Positions 34,455 through 46,684 of a DNA stretch of 46,684 nt are shown piece by piece (within the stretch, counting starts at the first letter, position 1; each line of letters opens with the position of its first letter). A model generated the notes under the pieces. It made no database searches. It saw only the letters and a list, made by a program, of their open reading frames with translations, and was not told the origin of the DNA. This stretch comes from Octopus bimaculoides (taxonomy: Eukaryota): positions 35,000,869-35,047,552 of the forward strand of contig NC_068994.1 in assembly GCF_001194135.2 (NCBI RefSeq), written 5' to 3'. The position numbers and the translations under genes were made by a program.

Positions 34455-35050
34455 CACACAAAAAGCACTCAGGCCACTCAGTAAATTGGTTGGCACATGG
34501 AAGGGCATCCAACCATAAAAACCATGCCAAAACAGATCTTACAGATACTACTAGTACCACACAAAAAGCACCCAGTCCACTATGTAGGGTGGTTGGCATT
34601 TGTAAGGAAGAGCATCCAGCCATAAGAACCATGCTAAAACAAACCTTACAGGTGTTTGTGCCATACACAAATCATGCAGTCCACATTGTAAAGTGGTTGG
34701 CATAAAGAAGGGCATCCAGTCATAAAATCCATGCCAAAACAGACCTTGCAAATGTTGGTCCCACACAAAAAGCACGCAGTCCACTCTGTAAGGTAGATGG
34801 CATAAGGAAGGGCATACAGCCATAAAAACCATGCCAAAACAGACCTCACAGGTGTTGTTGCCACACAAAAGCAGCAAGGTCAATCTGTAAGGTGGCTGGA
34901 ATTGGGAAGAGTATCCAGCCATAAAAACCATGCCAAAACAGACAGTAAAGTCTGACTTGCCAGCTCCTTTCAAACCATCCAACCCATGCCAGCATAGAAA
35001 ACAGAAGTTAAATGGTGACAATGGGCGTTAAATAATAGTGATAATGATGA
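34455..35050 (+). repeat. Five tandem ~100-bp units of the (GAT)n-family internal module, followed by the family tail
   Basis: Unit starts near 34455, 34558, 34662, 34762 and 34862: CACACAAAAAGCAC...GGTTGGC...GAAGGGCATCCAGCCATAAAAACCATGCCAAAACAGAC. Confidence 0.85.
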
Positions 35051-35920
35051 TAATAATAATATATAGTTTATAGATCCAATATAGATTGAATCAACAAAAA
35101 AGTACTCCATGAATATACATATATATATATAGATACATACACACACATACATATATTCATATAAGAATGTAGTACATATATTCTGATAAAAGCATTCCAC
35201 AGTCATTCATATACACTCATACACATAGATACATAAAGAGCATTACATCAAGAAAGAATCAATACACACCCACACATGTGCACTTACTTACAGACACATG
35301 AGGGAGTGGTACCGAGAAGGTGAGAGGGGAAGAAATGTTCATTTAATCCCAAGGGAGATTTGTCAAGGGTGAAGATAATGCGTTGTTCTTTGTATTTTCT
35401 GAAGCATGACATTATGTTGTGTTCTCTGATGCATAAACATTATATATTTGAACACATCTGGTCAATGGACTGGACTGGCCAGATGTGTTTAAAAGATGGG
35501 ATGCACGTGTATACGGAGTGCACTGGGGAAAACTGCAAAGGTCAATATGAACTGAAAAATCTTTATAACTTAGCAACAAAAATAATTTCTCTTTGTCTAT
35601 GAAGACCACAAATAGTTGCCTTAGATTCTTTATTCTTCTGCTCTCACACACACGTGCACACATGCCTTTATATGTGTATGTATCGTCGTCATCATTTTAA
35701 CATGCACTTTTCCATGCCTGCATGGGTCAGGTGGAGTTTATTGATGCAGATTTTCTACAGCTGGATGCCTTTCCTGTTGTCAATCCTCACCTGTTTTCAT
35801 GTAAAGTAGTAGTCCTCTATAGCCAGATATGTTTCCTCAGAATATTGGAAATGAATGACATTCACTTACAACTATCACACAATATCAAGACAAGGAGACA
35901 AATACACTCATAGACAGACA

Positions 35921-36029
<109 letters not shown>

Positions 36030-36074
36030 TGGATGGATGGTTGTATGGATAGAGGGATGGATAGATAGATATGA

Positions 36075-36225
36075 CAAGCTTCCTTCAGTTTCCATTTACT
36101 TAAATCCAGTCACAAGGTGTTCGTTGAGTTGGGGCTGTAGTAGAAGAGAATTGCCTAAGGTACCATGCAGTGAGACTGAACCTGAAAGCACATAATTGGG
36201 ATGTAAGCTTCTTAATCATACAGCC
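36075..36225 (-). mobile_element. CORE-type SINE, family B, 5' half
   Basis: CTTCCTTCAGTTTCC...CCTAAGGTACCATGCAGTGAGACTGAACC...CTTCTTAATCATACAGCC. Confidence 0.7.
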
Positions 36226-36266
36226 ACATCAGCACTTATATGTGTGTGTGTATGTGTATGCATATG

Positions 36267-36323
<57 letters not shown>

Positions 36324-37374
36324 GATAAGATAACAGCAGAAGAGCTGAGTTTTCCTTAATAGTTGGCTCCAAGTTGCACATAGCTGCTTTCCAAAACATT
36401 TTCTCAACATTTCATGAAGACCTACTTTGACTGTTATTGTGTTTAACTCTGTTTTACATATTGAGTACCTTCTCTATTGCATTTATATCATGAAGGATAT
36501 ATACGTACATATATGTATATACACACATATATCAAATATCATATGCTATATAAAACTTAAGTAAGATTTATATCTACATGAGTATTGCTATAAGAATACA
36601 TAATGTAACCTTTCCATTTGGATAGTAACTCTACGAGAAATTCACATATGGAGTGATTCAAATATAAAGAATTTCTTTGGGGATATACTTCGATAATAAT
36701 AATTTTTTTTCTGTTTTCTTACATTTCTTTCTATTATATTGTCATAAATTATAACTACTGGTTTTTCTTTAGTTATGTTTTATTTTGTTTTATTTTGTTT
36801 TCTTTCTGGGGGGGGTTTTTTGTGTATGGGTTGGTGATGTTGGTTGAACAACTTATGTTCAGAGATGGAGATATTAAACAGACCTAGTCACTACTTTTGC
36901 AACTAGAAAGAGATATTGTGATGAAGAAAGCATGTTTCAAGGTAAGCTGTACATCCTTCATTGGAAGATAATACATATTTTTTTTTCTTTTAAATTACAA
37001 CAGAGTATAGGACATGTTAATGCTAATAACAAAAAAAAAGAAGTTGAGTGAGAAAATATTTTTTTTTGTGTGCAGGGGAGTGGGGGGACTTGTAATTCTA
37101 TAACAACATTAAATGTGCACAGGATTTTCAAAAGATGGTGAAGGAATGTGGTAGGGGGAAGCACACAATAAAACTAACAACAACAACAATGATAATAATA
37201 GCACATGCACAACAGGAAAGAATTATCTACTTTTTTGAGGGTTGTAAAGATAGAAAGTAATTTTTTTCTTTCTTTTATCCAGTCAACCATGTGAGAATAA
37301 ACATTTTCTTCCTTTATACATTTACGCTTATTTATATATCCATTTATCATTGTTGTATGTTCTATTATTATTAT

Positions 37375-37409
<35 letters not shown>

Positions 37410-38299
37410 TTGTTGTTGTTTTTATTGTGTTGTTGTTGTTGTTAGTTGGACTGTTTGCATTGTTTTATCTAACAATTTTCAAAAACAGAGGATCAAAACA
37501 CCTTTTTTCCTATCATGCCCCAGAATGCAGAAAGGAGAAAAAAAAATGCTTTGTTTAGAATTTTTCAAATATTTAAGAAAGTACTTGCATGTGACTGCAT
37601 GTGTGTGTGGTTTGAGGAAAAGCATTTAGTTGTAGAACTCATGCTAAAGCAGACACTGGAGTATGATACAACCCTTCTGGTCAGCATGGAAAATAAATGT
37701 TAAATGATTATGATTATGATGATATATGCTATACTGTACTGCAGAATATATCAATAATTTTTAGCCAATGCTATATGCAAACCAACATAGTAGACATATG
37801 AACATGTCAAATTTACCTATTACCTCACAGATTGAAAAATTGTTGAAGAGCCTTGATCAATTTTCAGTGCTTATTAGGATCTCATCAGAAGTTTTTACAT
37901 AATTTGATCAATACCAAAGAAACAAGCAACCAATCTGTTGATATACATATCAAATCTAGTAGATCCAGAGAACTGAAGTTAACAATTTGCCTACTGTAAG
38001 TGTTTAAACAGAGGTAAAATGTAAATACCTTGGCTTTATATACAATATTTCCATGGATAGAAAAAGCAGAACTAGCCAACTTTGTTTCAATCCTGTATTG
38101 GAGTTTTAACAATAATAGAGTAACTTCTTTAATTATCCATGGAGATACTGCTTATCAAACCACTATTGGTTAGAATTGAAATTTACTAATGGTTTAAACC
38201 ATGTGTAGACTGATTTGCACAAATAACATATTCTTGGCACCCAATTCAGTCGTACAATATGGAAGCAAAATATCGCTCAATAATATATTAATTAAACTA

Positions 38300-38515
38300 G
38301 GGTGGCAAGCTGGCAGAATTGCCAGGATGCTACACAAAATGGATAGCAGCATTTCATCTGTCTTTACATTCGCAGTTCAAATTCTGCTGAGGTCGACTTC
38401 GCCTTTCGTCCTTCCAAAGTCAATAAAATAAGTACCAACTGAACACTGGGGCTGATGTAATTGACTTAACCCCTTCCCTGAAACTGATGGCCTTGTGCCA
38501 AAATTTGAAACCAGT
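38300..38515 (+). mobile_element. tRNA-derived SINE, family A
   Basis: GGTGGCAAGCTGGCAGAATTGCC...GTTCAAATTCTGCTGAGGTCGACTTCGCC...GGCCTTGTGCCAAAATTTGAAACCA. Confidence 0.8.
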
Positions 38516-39015
38516 ATATAAATTAAACTGGATGCCAAGAATATATTATATATGCAAATCAGTCTATCAAGCTGTTTCAAAAAAAAAACATGGATTATGA
38601 AAAAGAATGGAATCATATTCCTTGAAAGTGTTAAATCCTAAAAAAAAAATTAAGACTCATTTTCTAACACCCATCTCTCAGTTAATCTTCTAACTGCTAC
38701 CTTACTCCTTCAAGAGCTGTAAATGATACCATTTGTCCCCACTACACTTTGCATTGTATTTCTACTACTGTCCCTCATTTACCTCCTCCTCCCTTACCCA
38801 CCCTTATTTATTTTCCTTCTTCACCTTCCCTCTTCCCAACTGATATTCACTGTATCTACCTCAATCCCCATCACTAATCATTTGTTACAATCTTTTCTCA
38901 CTCTTGTGAACTCATCTGCCCACCCACCTTTTCTGTTCCTCTCTCCCTATTCTCTCTCATATTTATCTTGTATTTTGATAGTATGCCCTCACCATCAAAC
39001 ACACACACACACACA

Positions 39016-39098
<83 letters not shown>

Positions 39099-39184
39099 GA
39101 AGGAGAAGCCATGTAATTACCTCTTCAGCAAGACACCTATTCCCATCAATCTACCATATTTTCACTTCCTTCAATACAACATGC

Positions 39185-39480
39185 CCACTCAGATGAGGAA
39201 ACTTGTCAAGCATGTACTTGGTGACAGCACTAGTGCTGGTGCCACAAAAAACTTCCCAGTACACCCTGTAAAAGAGGCTGACATTAGGAAGGGCATCAAG
39301 CTCTAGAAGCCATGCTAAAGTAGATGGCGAAGTTTAACACAGCCCTCTGGATCATCAGTTCTTTTGAACTATCTAACCAATGGAAATAAAGGAAAAAGGG
39401 GCATTAAACGGTGGTGGTGGTGATGATGATGATAATAATGATGATGATGATTATTATAATGTTGGTGATGATGATGATGA
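39185..39480 (+). mobile_element. (GAT)n-tailed retroposon fragment with expanded tail
   Basis: GACATTAGGAAGGGCATCAAGCTCTAGAAGCCATGC...CATTAAACGGTGGTGGTGGTGATGATGATG. Confidence 0.6.
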
Positions 39481-39690
39481 TCACTAACAACATAATAACA
39501 ACGATCTCATATACGATAAGAACCAAAATATAGATTTTGTGCACAATTTGTTTTTCTTATTTACTCTAAACTTATTTGATTTCTATTCTGATAGCTACAC
39601 AGTGAGTACAAATAACATCGTTTGAAACAAACTACTCTCAATTTATCTGATTTAATATGAATATAATTCTCTGGTAAATAAAAATTTCAA

Positions 39691-39736
39691 AAATTGTACT
39701 GATGATATCTAATGGAGTGAAACCTTTATGCAATTT
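39691..39736 (+). ncRNA. Degenerate hammerhead-like motif
   Basis: AAATTGTA CTGATGA tatctaatggagt GAAA CCTT TA TGCAATTT. Stem I is 8 bp and the core intact, but stems II and III pair poorly. Confidence 0.35.
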
Positions 39737-40024
39737 GTATATTAAAACATTGAATAAATATAAAATGGATTAACTATATAATTATTTGTTTGTTTCTCAA
39801 ATATATTTTCAAATTTCTTAAAGAAAATATATCATTAAAAAACAATTATTTTCTTTCTTTGATAGAAGTAAATAATGAACCTGAATGACTGCCCTGTCTG
39901 TGTATTGGCATGCACGCGTGTGTGTGCATGCGGAAGTGTGTGTGTGTGCTTATTTAGGTATGTATATATAATAACAACAACAGCAACAACATATCTGTTT
40001 AATCCCTGCTAGCATAGAAAAACT

Positions 40025-40054
<30 letters not shown>

Positions 40055-40058
<4 letters not shown>

Positions 40059-40229
40059 CACAGACATGGCTGTGTGGTAAGAAGCTTGTTTCCCAACCAC
40101 ATGGTTCCGGGTTCACTCCCATTGCGTGGCACCTTGAGCAAGTATCCTCTATTATAGCCTCAGGCTGACCAAAGCTTTGTGAGTGGATTTGGTAGTTGGA
40201 AACTGAAAGAAGCCAGTCATATATATGTG

Positions 40230-40275
<46 letters not shown>

Positions 40276-40415
40276 TGTATCTATGGCAAGTTCAGCAAAA
40301 GAGATTGATGAAATAAGTACAACGCTTCAAAAAATTAATTCCTGGGGTTGATTTGTTCAACTAAATACCCTCCATGGTGGTGTTCCAGCATGGCAGCAGT
40401 CAAATGACTGAAACA
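40055..40415 (+). mobile_element. CORE-type SINE, family B
   Basis: GGCTGTGTGGTAAGAAGCTTGTTTCCCAACCACATGGTTCCGGGTTCACTCCCATTGCGTGGCACCTTGAGCAAG; tail AAATGACTGAAACAAGTATAAGAAT. Confidence 0.85.
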
Positions 40416-40479
40416 AGTATAAGAATAAATGAATGTAATTTCCTTGGGTCCTCTCTTTCACACTTTCATAACATACAAA

Positions 40480-40691
40480 GGGTTTTAGGCATTTTACTTT
40501 GTCAAATGTAATGCTTATTTATTCACATTGTTTTGAATTAATTATGCATTATCTCACAGCTTTGACTTCAATGATGTGACTATTTTGGGAATGACATTGT
40601 AGGGTAAGTGTGTGAGGTTGAATCTGACCAGTTCAAACATGGAACAAGTAGAGTAACTGGGCCAGATATGGTTGGTTTAAATGCTAAAGGG
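40480..40691. mobile_element. piggyBac-type MITE
   Basis: Ends AATGCTAAAGGG|TTAA; left end degenerate. The body is recognised from memory as an abundant Octopus repeat. Confidence 0.5.
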
Positions 40692-41643
40692 TTAAACTCA
40701 CTCTAAATACAGCCAATGTCTTCAAAAGGGAGAGTGAGGTTGAGAAAAAGATAGGGAGAAGAATTAACATCAGGAAGGGCATCCAAGCATAGAAACTGTG
40801 CAGACACTGGAGGTTGCCAGCTCTTGTAAAATTATTTAATCCATGCCAGAATATAAGAGTTTATTCATTTATTCAGTTTTACACAATTTTTTCCGTGATA
40901 CTGGTTTTAAAGTATAGGCAGCCATGAATTTTCATTGAGAGGTACATAAGAAATACACCAGGATTTTACTCAATACAAACTCAACCCATACACAAACACA
41001 CATGTGTGTCTGTGTGTGTGTGCATGTGTGTATGTACTTGTGTGTGTGTGTATGTGTATGTGTGCATGTGCATAAATTATGACTAAAATGTGGATTACAA
41101 CTGCAAAGGAAGAGAAGTCAACTAAATCATCAGTGATAGTCACTGAGAAAATATCTGGTGAAGTAGGAGAGGTACAAGTCATTCATAAAATTAGCCAAGT
41201 AATGCAGGGAGAGCAATACCCGATCATTTGTGCAAGAGTATCCTCATCAATTGCCACAAGAGCACAGAAGATGCTCTAGAAAGAAACGACTATAGAGACA
41301 TGAAACTGAAAGAGCCAAATTATACAAGTAGCTGAAATAGTTATACATGTAACCTCATTTATAAATAATTCATTCCTCACTAATCCAGGATAACATGGTA
41401 TGCTAAATTGTGGAGTATGCTATGCTTATTGTGGATTGATCTGTAATAACACTGATCAGTGATCAAGCAAAGATTTTGCTTATACCATGAACATGCACCC
41501 AAGCAACCACCCACAGTACTCTCCTACCAAGAATGCACAGACTATCACTTGTGTTTATATAACTGTGTTTCAAGGCTGCATATTCTTTATATGCATTTAT
41601 GTACTCATGCCCATCAACTTGGGACCAGTGAACAGAAAAAAAT

Positions 41644-41808
41644 ATGGTGGTGCCTGATCCTAACAAATAATATAAACAAGTGTATTCTCTACATGAAAAG
41701 GTAGAAATAATCAAGAAAATAGGTGACGGCGAAGGTTCTCTGCTGTGGATTGAGAGTTTGGTGCCAATGAATCGACCATTCCTTCCATTTACAAAGTGCA
41801 TAGAGATG
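41644..41808 (+). pseudogene. pogo/Tigger transposase N-terminal HTH (CENP-B/psq type) remnant
   Basis: YSLHEKVEIIKKIGDGEG, then a frameshift, then SAVD*EFGANESTIPSIYK; matches the L.EK.EII...E.G.S...VAREFGVNESTIR.I.K pattern. Confidence 0.7.
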
Positions 41809-41977
41809 GTTTGCTTATTACTGATTCGTATATCACAGTTTTGTTTTGGTTTTCTTTTTTTAACCAAACTCACATGATGAACAAGGATAGATGTACCATG
41901 ATTAACTAAAAAGAAAATTTGCTCAAGTAAGTTGCAGTGTGTGTGTGTGTGTGTGCGTGCGTGCACTAGGAGGCACA

Positions 41978-42140
41978 CACAGATGCCCTCGTCCTAGAGA
42001 AACAACTACAGGCAAAATTCTTAGTAACTGCAAACTGCTACACAAAACATTCACAAAGCTGGAGAAGTCTTTTGACAGAGTACCACTTTCTGTAGTTATG
42101 TGGTTGCTAAGTAAATTAATTGTAAATTATTGGTAGTAAA
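41978..42140 (+). pseudogene. RTE-type LINE reverse transcriptase fragment
   Basis: TDALVLEKQLQAKFL / LLHKTFTKLEKSFDRVPLSVVMWLLSKLIVNYW, corresponding to TDAIF.VRQLQEK.L...L..AF.DLEKAFDRVP...IWW.LRKLGV.EW. Confidence 0.75.
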
Positions 42141-44314
42141 ATCATTCTTCAACTCAAAGAATCTTGTTAAATCAATCTACAAAGACGGTGAACAAGCAGA
42201 ATAGCATGACGAGCAAAGTGCTTAGCGGTATTTCGTCCGTCCTTACGCTCAAAGTTAGTACCCCAGGCAAAATGCTTAGCGGTATTTCATCCATCTTTAC
42301 ATTTCGATTTATGTACTGAAAAGATTGATAATAATCAGGATCCATTCATGGACCAATTTTGGAAAAGCATGTTGAAACTCAGCTTCTGATTTTTCTAAGA
42401 GCTGAATGATTTATTTCTGGATATTTTGACATTATTCAATAAGAGAATTTGAGTTTGGAAATTCTATGTAATTTTCCTCTGGTACCATTTCTGCCAAAAT
42501 GATTCACCTTCTTGAGGAGTGATCTGATTTTATCTTCTTGAGTAGCACCATGGGTAAGTGTCTCCTGCTGTAGACCTGGGACTCCCAATACATTGCATGG
42601 GAATAGGGGAAGCTGAAGCAACAAAACTGTTTGTTATATGTACATGTGTGTGTGCGTGTAAGTGTAAGCATACATGAATGTGTGTAAACATGTGTGTGTG
42701 TGCGTGTGTGTGTGTGTGCGTGTGTGTGTGTGCAAGCATGCATGTGTGTACATGTGTGTGTGTGTGATTGTTCATATTTCATACTTGTCATAAGTTGAGT
42801 GAGCGAGACGACAGTGATGTTGACCCTCTTGTTGACATTATGACCAGTCACTCTGCACTTTCAAAGACCTCTGAAATAAAAAACGTCTTGCTTGAAAATA
42901 GATAACGATTGGCAACAAAGAAAGTATACAACCATAAAATCCTGCATCAAATAATTCCCTATTCACACTCATACAAGAAGAGAAAAACACATTAAATGAG
43001 CACACACACACATGCATCCACATACATACAAATATATGTAGACACACACATATACACACACATACACACACACACACATAATGTGAGGAAGAATACATCA
43101 GGGAAAGATGTATAATATATATTTACGTATATATATATATATATATATATNNNNNNNNNNNNNNNNNNNNNNNNNNNNNNNNNNNNNNNNNNNNNNNNNN
43201 NNNNNNNNNNNNNNNNNNNNNNNNNNNNNNNNNNNNNNNNNNNNNNNNNNNNNNNNNNNNNNNNNNNNNNNNNNNNNNNNNNNNNNNNNNNNNNNNNNNN
43301 NNNNNNNNNNNNNNNNNNNNNNNNNNNNNNNNNNNNNNNNNNNNNNNNNNNNNNNNNNNNNNNNNNNNNNNNNNNNNNNNNNNNNNNNNNNNNNNNNNNN
43401 NNNNNNNNNNNNNNNNNNNNNNNNNNNNNNNNNNNNNNNNNNNNNNNNNNNNNNNNNNNNNNNNNNNNNNNNNNNNNNNNNNNNNNNNNNNNNNNNNNNN
43501 NNNNNNNNNNNNNNNNNNNNNNNNNNNNNNNNNNNNNNNNNNNNNAATCAAAAGAATTATTCAGGCTATGTAGCGAAATTATACCGAAAATCTTTGCTCA
43601 AATTAGTTTAATGAAAAATTTATAAATATACACGGAACACATTTGCGCACAAATTACATTTTGTTTCCGAATCTTCAAGAATCAATAGAGAAGCTAGGTT
43701 AAGGAAATTGATTAGGTGGGTACAAAATGCCAGTTTTTCACCAAAGAAGAAGAAAAAAGATGTGTGAGAGATTAGGATTTCTACTTTTTTATCTTCTCAT
43801 TTTTACTTTTTTTTTTTTTGATATTTTGGTTTTTTTTTGTTTTTTTTTCCTTTTTCATGTTCACTCACCGTTGAGAATATTTCTTATTGGAAAAGGAATT
43901 TTTGTTTTTATATTATTCCATTATATATTTTATATTGTTATTATTGTAGCTTCATCATCATATAAGTGATCCAGTATTGGTAGGTATGCCAGTTTAAAGT
44001 GTTATATATGGGAAGGTTCATAACATTCATTTATTGTGACTCAATCAACACACACACACACACACATACACACAAACAAACACACAATCACTCACATATA
44101 CATACATGCACTCATACATACTTACATACATATATACTATATATACATACACAAACACACGGCTTAGAGTTAAAGAAATGTCTGAGTATTTTTGTAGCAA
44201 GTTAGTGTGGGAAAATCTCAGAAATGAATCTAATTTGAGAAGAAATTTTAATCCTGAATTCTCAAGTATGCTGACATCTTCTTAAAGGAATCATCGATAA
44301 ATATACATATATAT

Positions 44315-44360
<46 letters not shown>

Positions 44361-44489
44361 CATAATATAATTCCACTACCGAAGATTTCGTGTTCATTTT
44401 AGTTTTAAGTTTGCCACATAATTACCATACCCATAATTTTACTTGAAAACACGCAACTTCATGTGTGTGTGCGTGTATTCTTTCATTCT

Positions 44490-44852
44490 TCTATTCCTTT
44501 ACTTGTTTCAATCATTTGATTGCAGTTATTTTTTTTGTTGAACAAATCAACCCCAGGACTTATTTTTTAACCTAGTACTTATTCTATCCATCAATTTCGC
44601 CGAACCACTATGATATGGGAATGTAAACACACCAACACTGGTTGTCAAGCAGTGATGGAAGGACAAATATAGACACGATGACACACACACAAAGATACAT
44701 GCATACATACATATATATATGTGTGTATGTGTGTGTGTATACAATGAGCTTCTTTCAGATTCCATCTACCAAATCTACTCACAAGGCTTTGGTCAGCCCA
44801 AGGCTACAGTAGAAGACCCGGCGTGCTAACAATTCTACAAGCTCGCCGCCTT
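44490..44852 (-). mobile_element. Chimeric SINE: family A head (44817-44852) joined to a family B body
   Basis: Minus strand: AAGGCGGCGAGCTTGTAGAATTGTTAGCACGCCGGG|TCTTCTACTGTAGCCTTGGGCTGACCAAAGCC. Confidence 0.75.
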
Positions 44853-46466
44853 GGTGCTTTGTATGTGGAACCAGTAGAAGCAAGGTCATCAAATAACTCA
44901 CAAGACAAGAAGAACCCTCAACTTCAGGGGTGTAGTATTGAGAAAGGTGGACTTAAAATAGATGATAAGGGGTTCATGTAGGATAGGAAGATAGAATCAG
45001 GTGTCTGGCAGCAGGGGAGGAGCTACATGGTTACTCCTGTTGGAAAAGGAGAGAAGATGGCACAGAGATGTCAGAGTGCCAAGAAGATGAACATGAGAGG
45101 AATGGTCCAGAGAACTGCATGTGTGAATGGGTATGTAAGATTGAATGAGTGTGAAAGGAAAGTGCCAGATGAGTAGAGGTGAGTATAGAGCAATGTTTCT
45201 CAACCTATTTTCCTCCAGACCCCGCTATAACTTTCCAGAAAAATGTATGCTCCACCGATGGTTGGAAAAAAAACAACTTTATTTTTAAAATTTTATTACA
45301 ATTGTTTAATACAAAAGAATCTACTAGTAACACCTTTATTAAGTATTGAGTATTGACTTCTCATAATTATATACTTATCTTAAAGTATCCACACTTGGCC
45401 ATTAGAATAATGTTTTACTGTAGGAAAGTCTTCACACAGTATGCTTGGCTGGAGTGTTTGGTTTGGTTTGGTTAGGCTGAGGATAGATGTAGTATGTTTA
45501 CTGTGAAAAAAGATTTTCACAATTTCATGTCCTACTTTAAAAAAAAGGGTGGGGTAGAATTGGGGATCCCATACTCCAACACTCCACCACAATTTTCCAA
45601 GACCCCACTAGTTAGGCGTATACCTCACATTGAGAATTACTGATATAGAGGAAAAGGCAATGAATAGAGAACATGAGTAGATGTGTGGCCTGGAGGAGGG
45701 GAAGTGGAGGAAATAGGGTTGGATAAGGAAGGTGATAGGTGGTAGGACAGCTGATACGGAGTGCAGGAGGGGTGCGAGGAAGGCACAACACCAGAGATGA
45801 GGCCAAAGGTATGTGAGGGGGAGAGGGAAAGAACATTAGCAGTGGGGGCTGCCACTGACAGAATGAAAGAGTGCAGAAGGAGAGAGAAAAGTGAAGGGGG
45901 CATTCAACAGAAAATAAAATGTTAGGGGATGATACTGCGAGTGTGAGATACAAAGTGAATGGCTAAACACAAACACACATAAATAATGGACAAAAAATTG
46001 AATAATAAAGCTTCGTTGGTGAATGAATAACTTTTAATAACATGCTAACAGTAACACTGATATAGTACCTAATCTTTTAGGATGTATACACTCTAATAAA
46101 TATATTATTATGTTAGTGTTATTCTCTCTGTAGTTGAGTAATTGCTAAAATCAAGATTCAGCATGAAACCATTGCTACTGCATTGGTACCAATCATTCTA
46201 TCAAAAAACATTATATAACCACACATTTATATATGTATTCATGTTGGTATGTACATGCAAATGTATAGATGTATGTGATTACGCACATGGAAGAGAAGGG
46301 TGAAATCGAAGTTGGAGTGAATGGGTGCTGTGATCAGCAATGTAAAAGGATATCTGATATCTTGGTTGATAGAGTAACAGAGACATGTGTGTGTGTATAT
46401 GTGAATGTATGTATGTGTGTGCACGCACACACACACACATACACCTATCTATCTATATCTATATAT

Positions 46467-46680
46467 TGCAAATCCAATGGGGGTCTTAAAAGACATGTTA
46501 GGATCCACAATGAGCAGAACTTACTTGCAGGTATTGGTAGTGCAAATCAGAGGTGCAATCTGTGTGGGTGTTTTTTCAAAACACTGTCTGGTTTAAAAAG
46601 CCACATCAGACGCCATGAAAGGGCTAAGGTGTAGGTGCAGGAGGTGGTCAAACTCTGTTTAAGGAGTAGACAACCACCAT
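46467..46680 (+). pseudogene. C2H2-zinc-finger-coding 3' end, probably of an RTE-like LINE
   Basis: CKSNGGLKRHVRIH...CNLCGCFFKTLSGLKSHIRRH, stop at 46634, short tail ending ACAACCACC-ATAT. Starts abruptly at a microsatellite with no splice acceptor. Confidence 0.55.
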
Positions 46681-46684
46681 ATAT

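Noticed and set aside
34455-34945. CRISPR-like appearance of regularly spaced repeats
   Set aside because: The whole unit is homologous (no unique spacers), the context is eukaryotic, and there are no cas genes.
37860-37895. CTGATGA...GAAA on the minus strand
   Set aside because: Stems II and III do not pair; chance motif.
36862-38000. Isolated splice-like signals (AAG|GTAAGC at about 36942, ACT|GTAAGT at about 37994, a 76-nt minus-strand candidate at about 37915-37991)
   Set aside because: No consistent frame or partner exon; expected by chance without RNA evidence.

Overview
Eukaryotic, AT-rich, repeat-dense genomic DNA from a gapped draft assembly, with nine N gaps, most bordered by (TA)n. 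The repeat families look like those of Octopus; this assignment is recognition from memory, not a search result. Nearly all ORF-track entries are artefacts of microsatellites or N runs. Supported content: (1) a decayed Penelope-like retroelement (PLE) of the Naiad type with RT and GIY-YIG domains (9318-11100, +) and a second, Neptune-like PLE endonuclease remnant (16219-16653, -). (2) Three hand-foldable type I hammerhead ribozymes (8783-8877 +, 10970-11071 +, 25123-25185 -) and one more degenerate candidate (39691-39736 +). The three clear ones lie in elements bordered by (TA)n. Two lie in short non-coding elements that start with a long fold-back hairpin and share an exact 12-mer. (3) A Tc1 remnant split by a piggyBac-derived element with TTAA duplication, plus remnants of maT-like, pogo/Tigger, RTE and L2/CR1 elements and several MITEs. 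(4) Many tRNA-derived SINEs and microsatellites. (5) A few candidate minus-strand exons of an unidentified host gene. The best lead is the set of (TA)n-associated, fold-back plus hammerhead, non-autonomous PLE-like elements.
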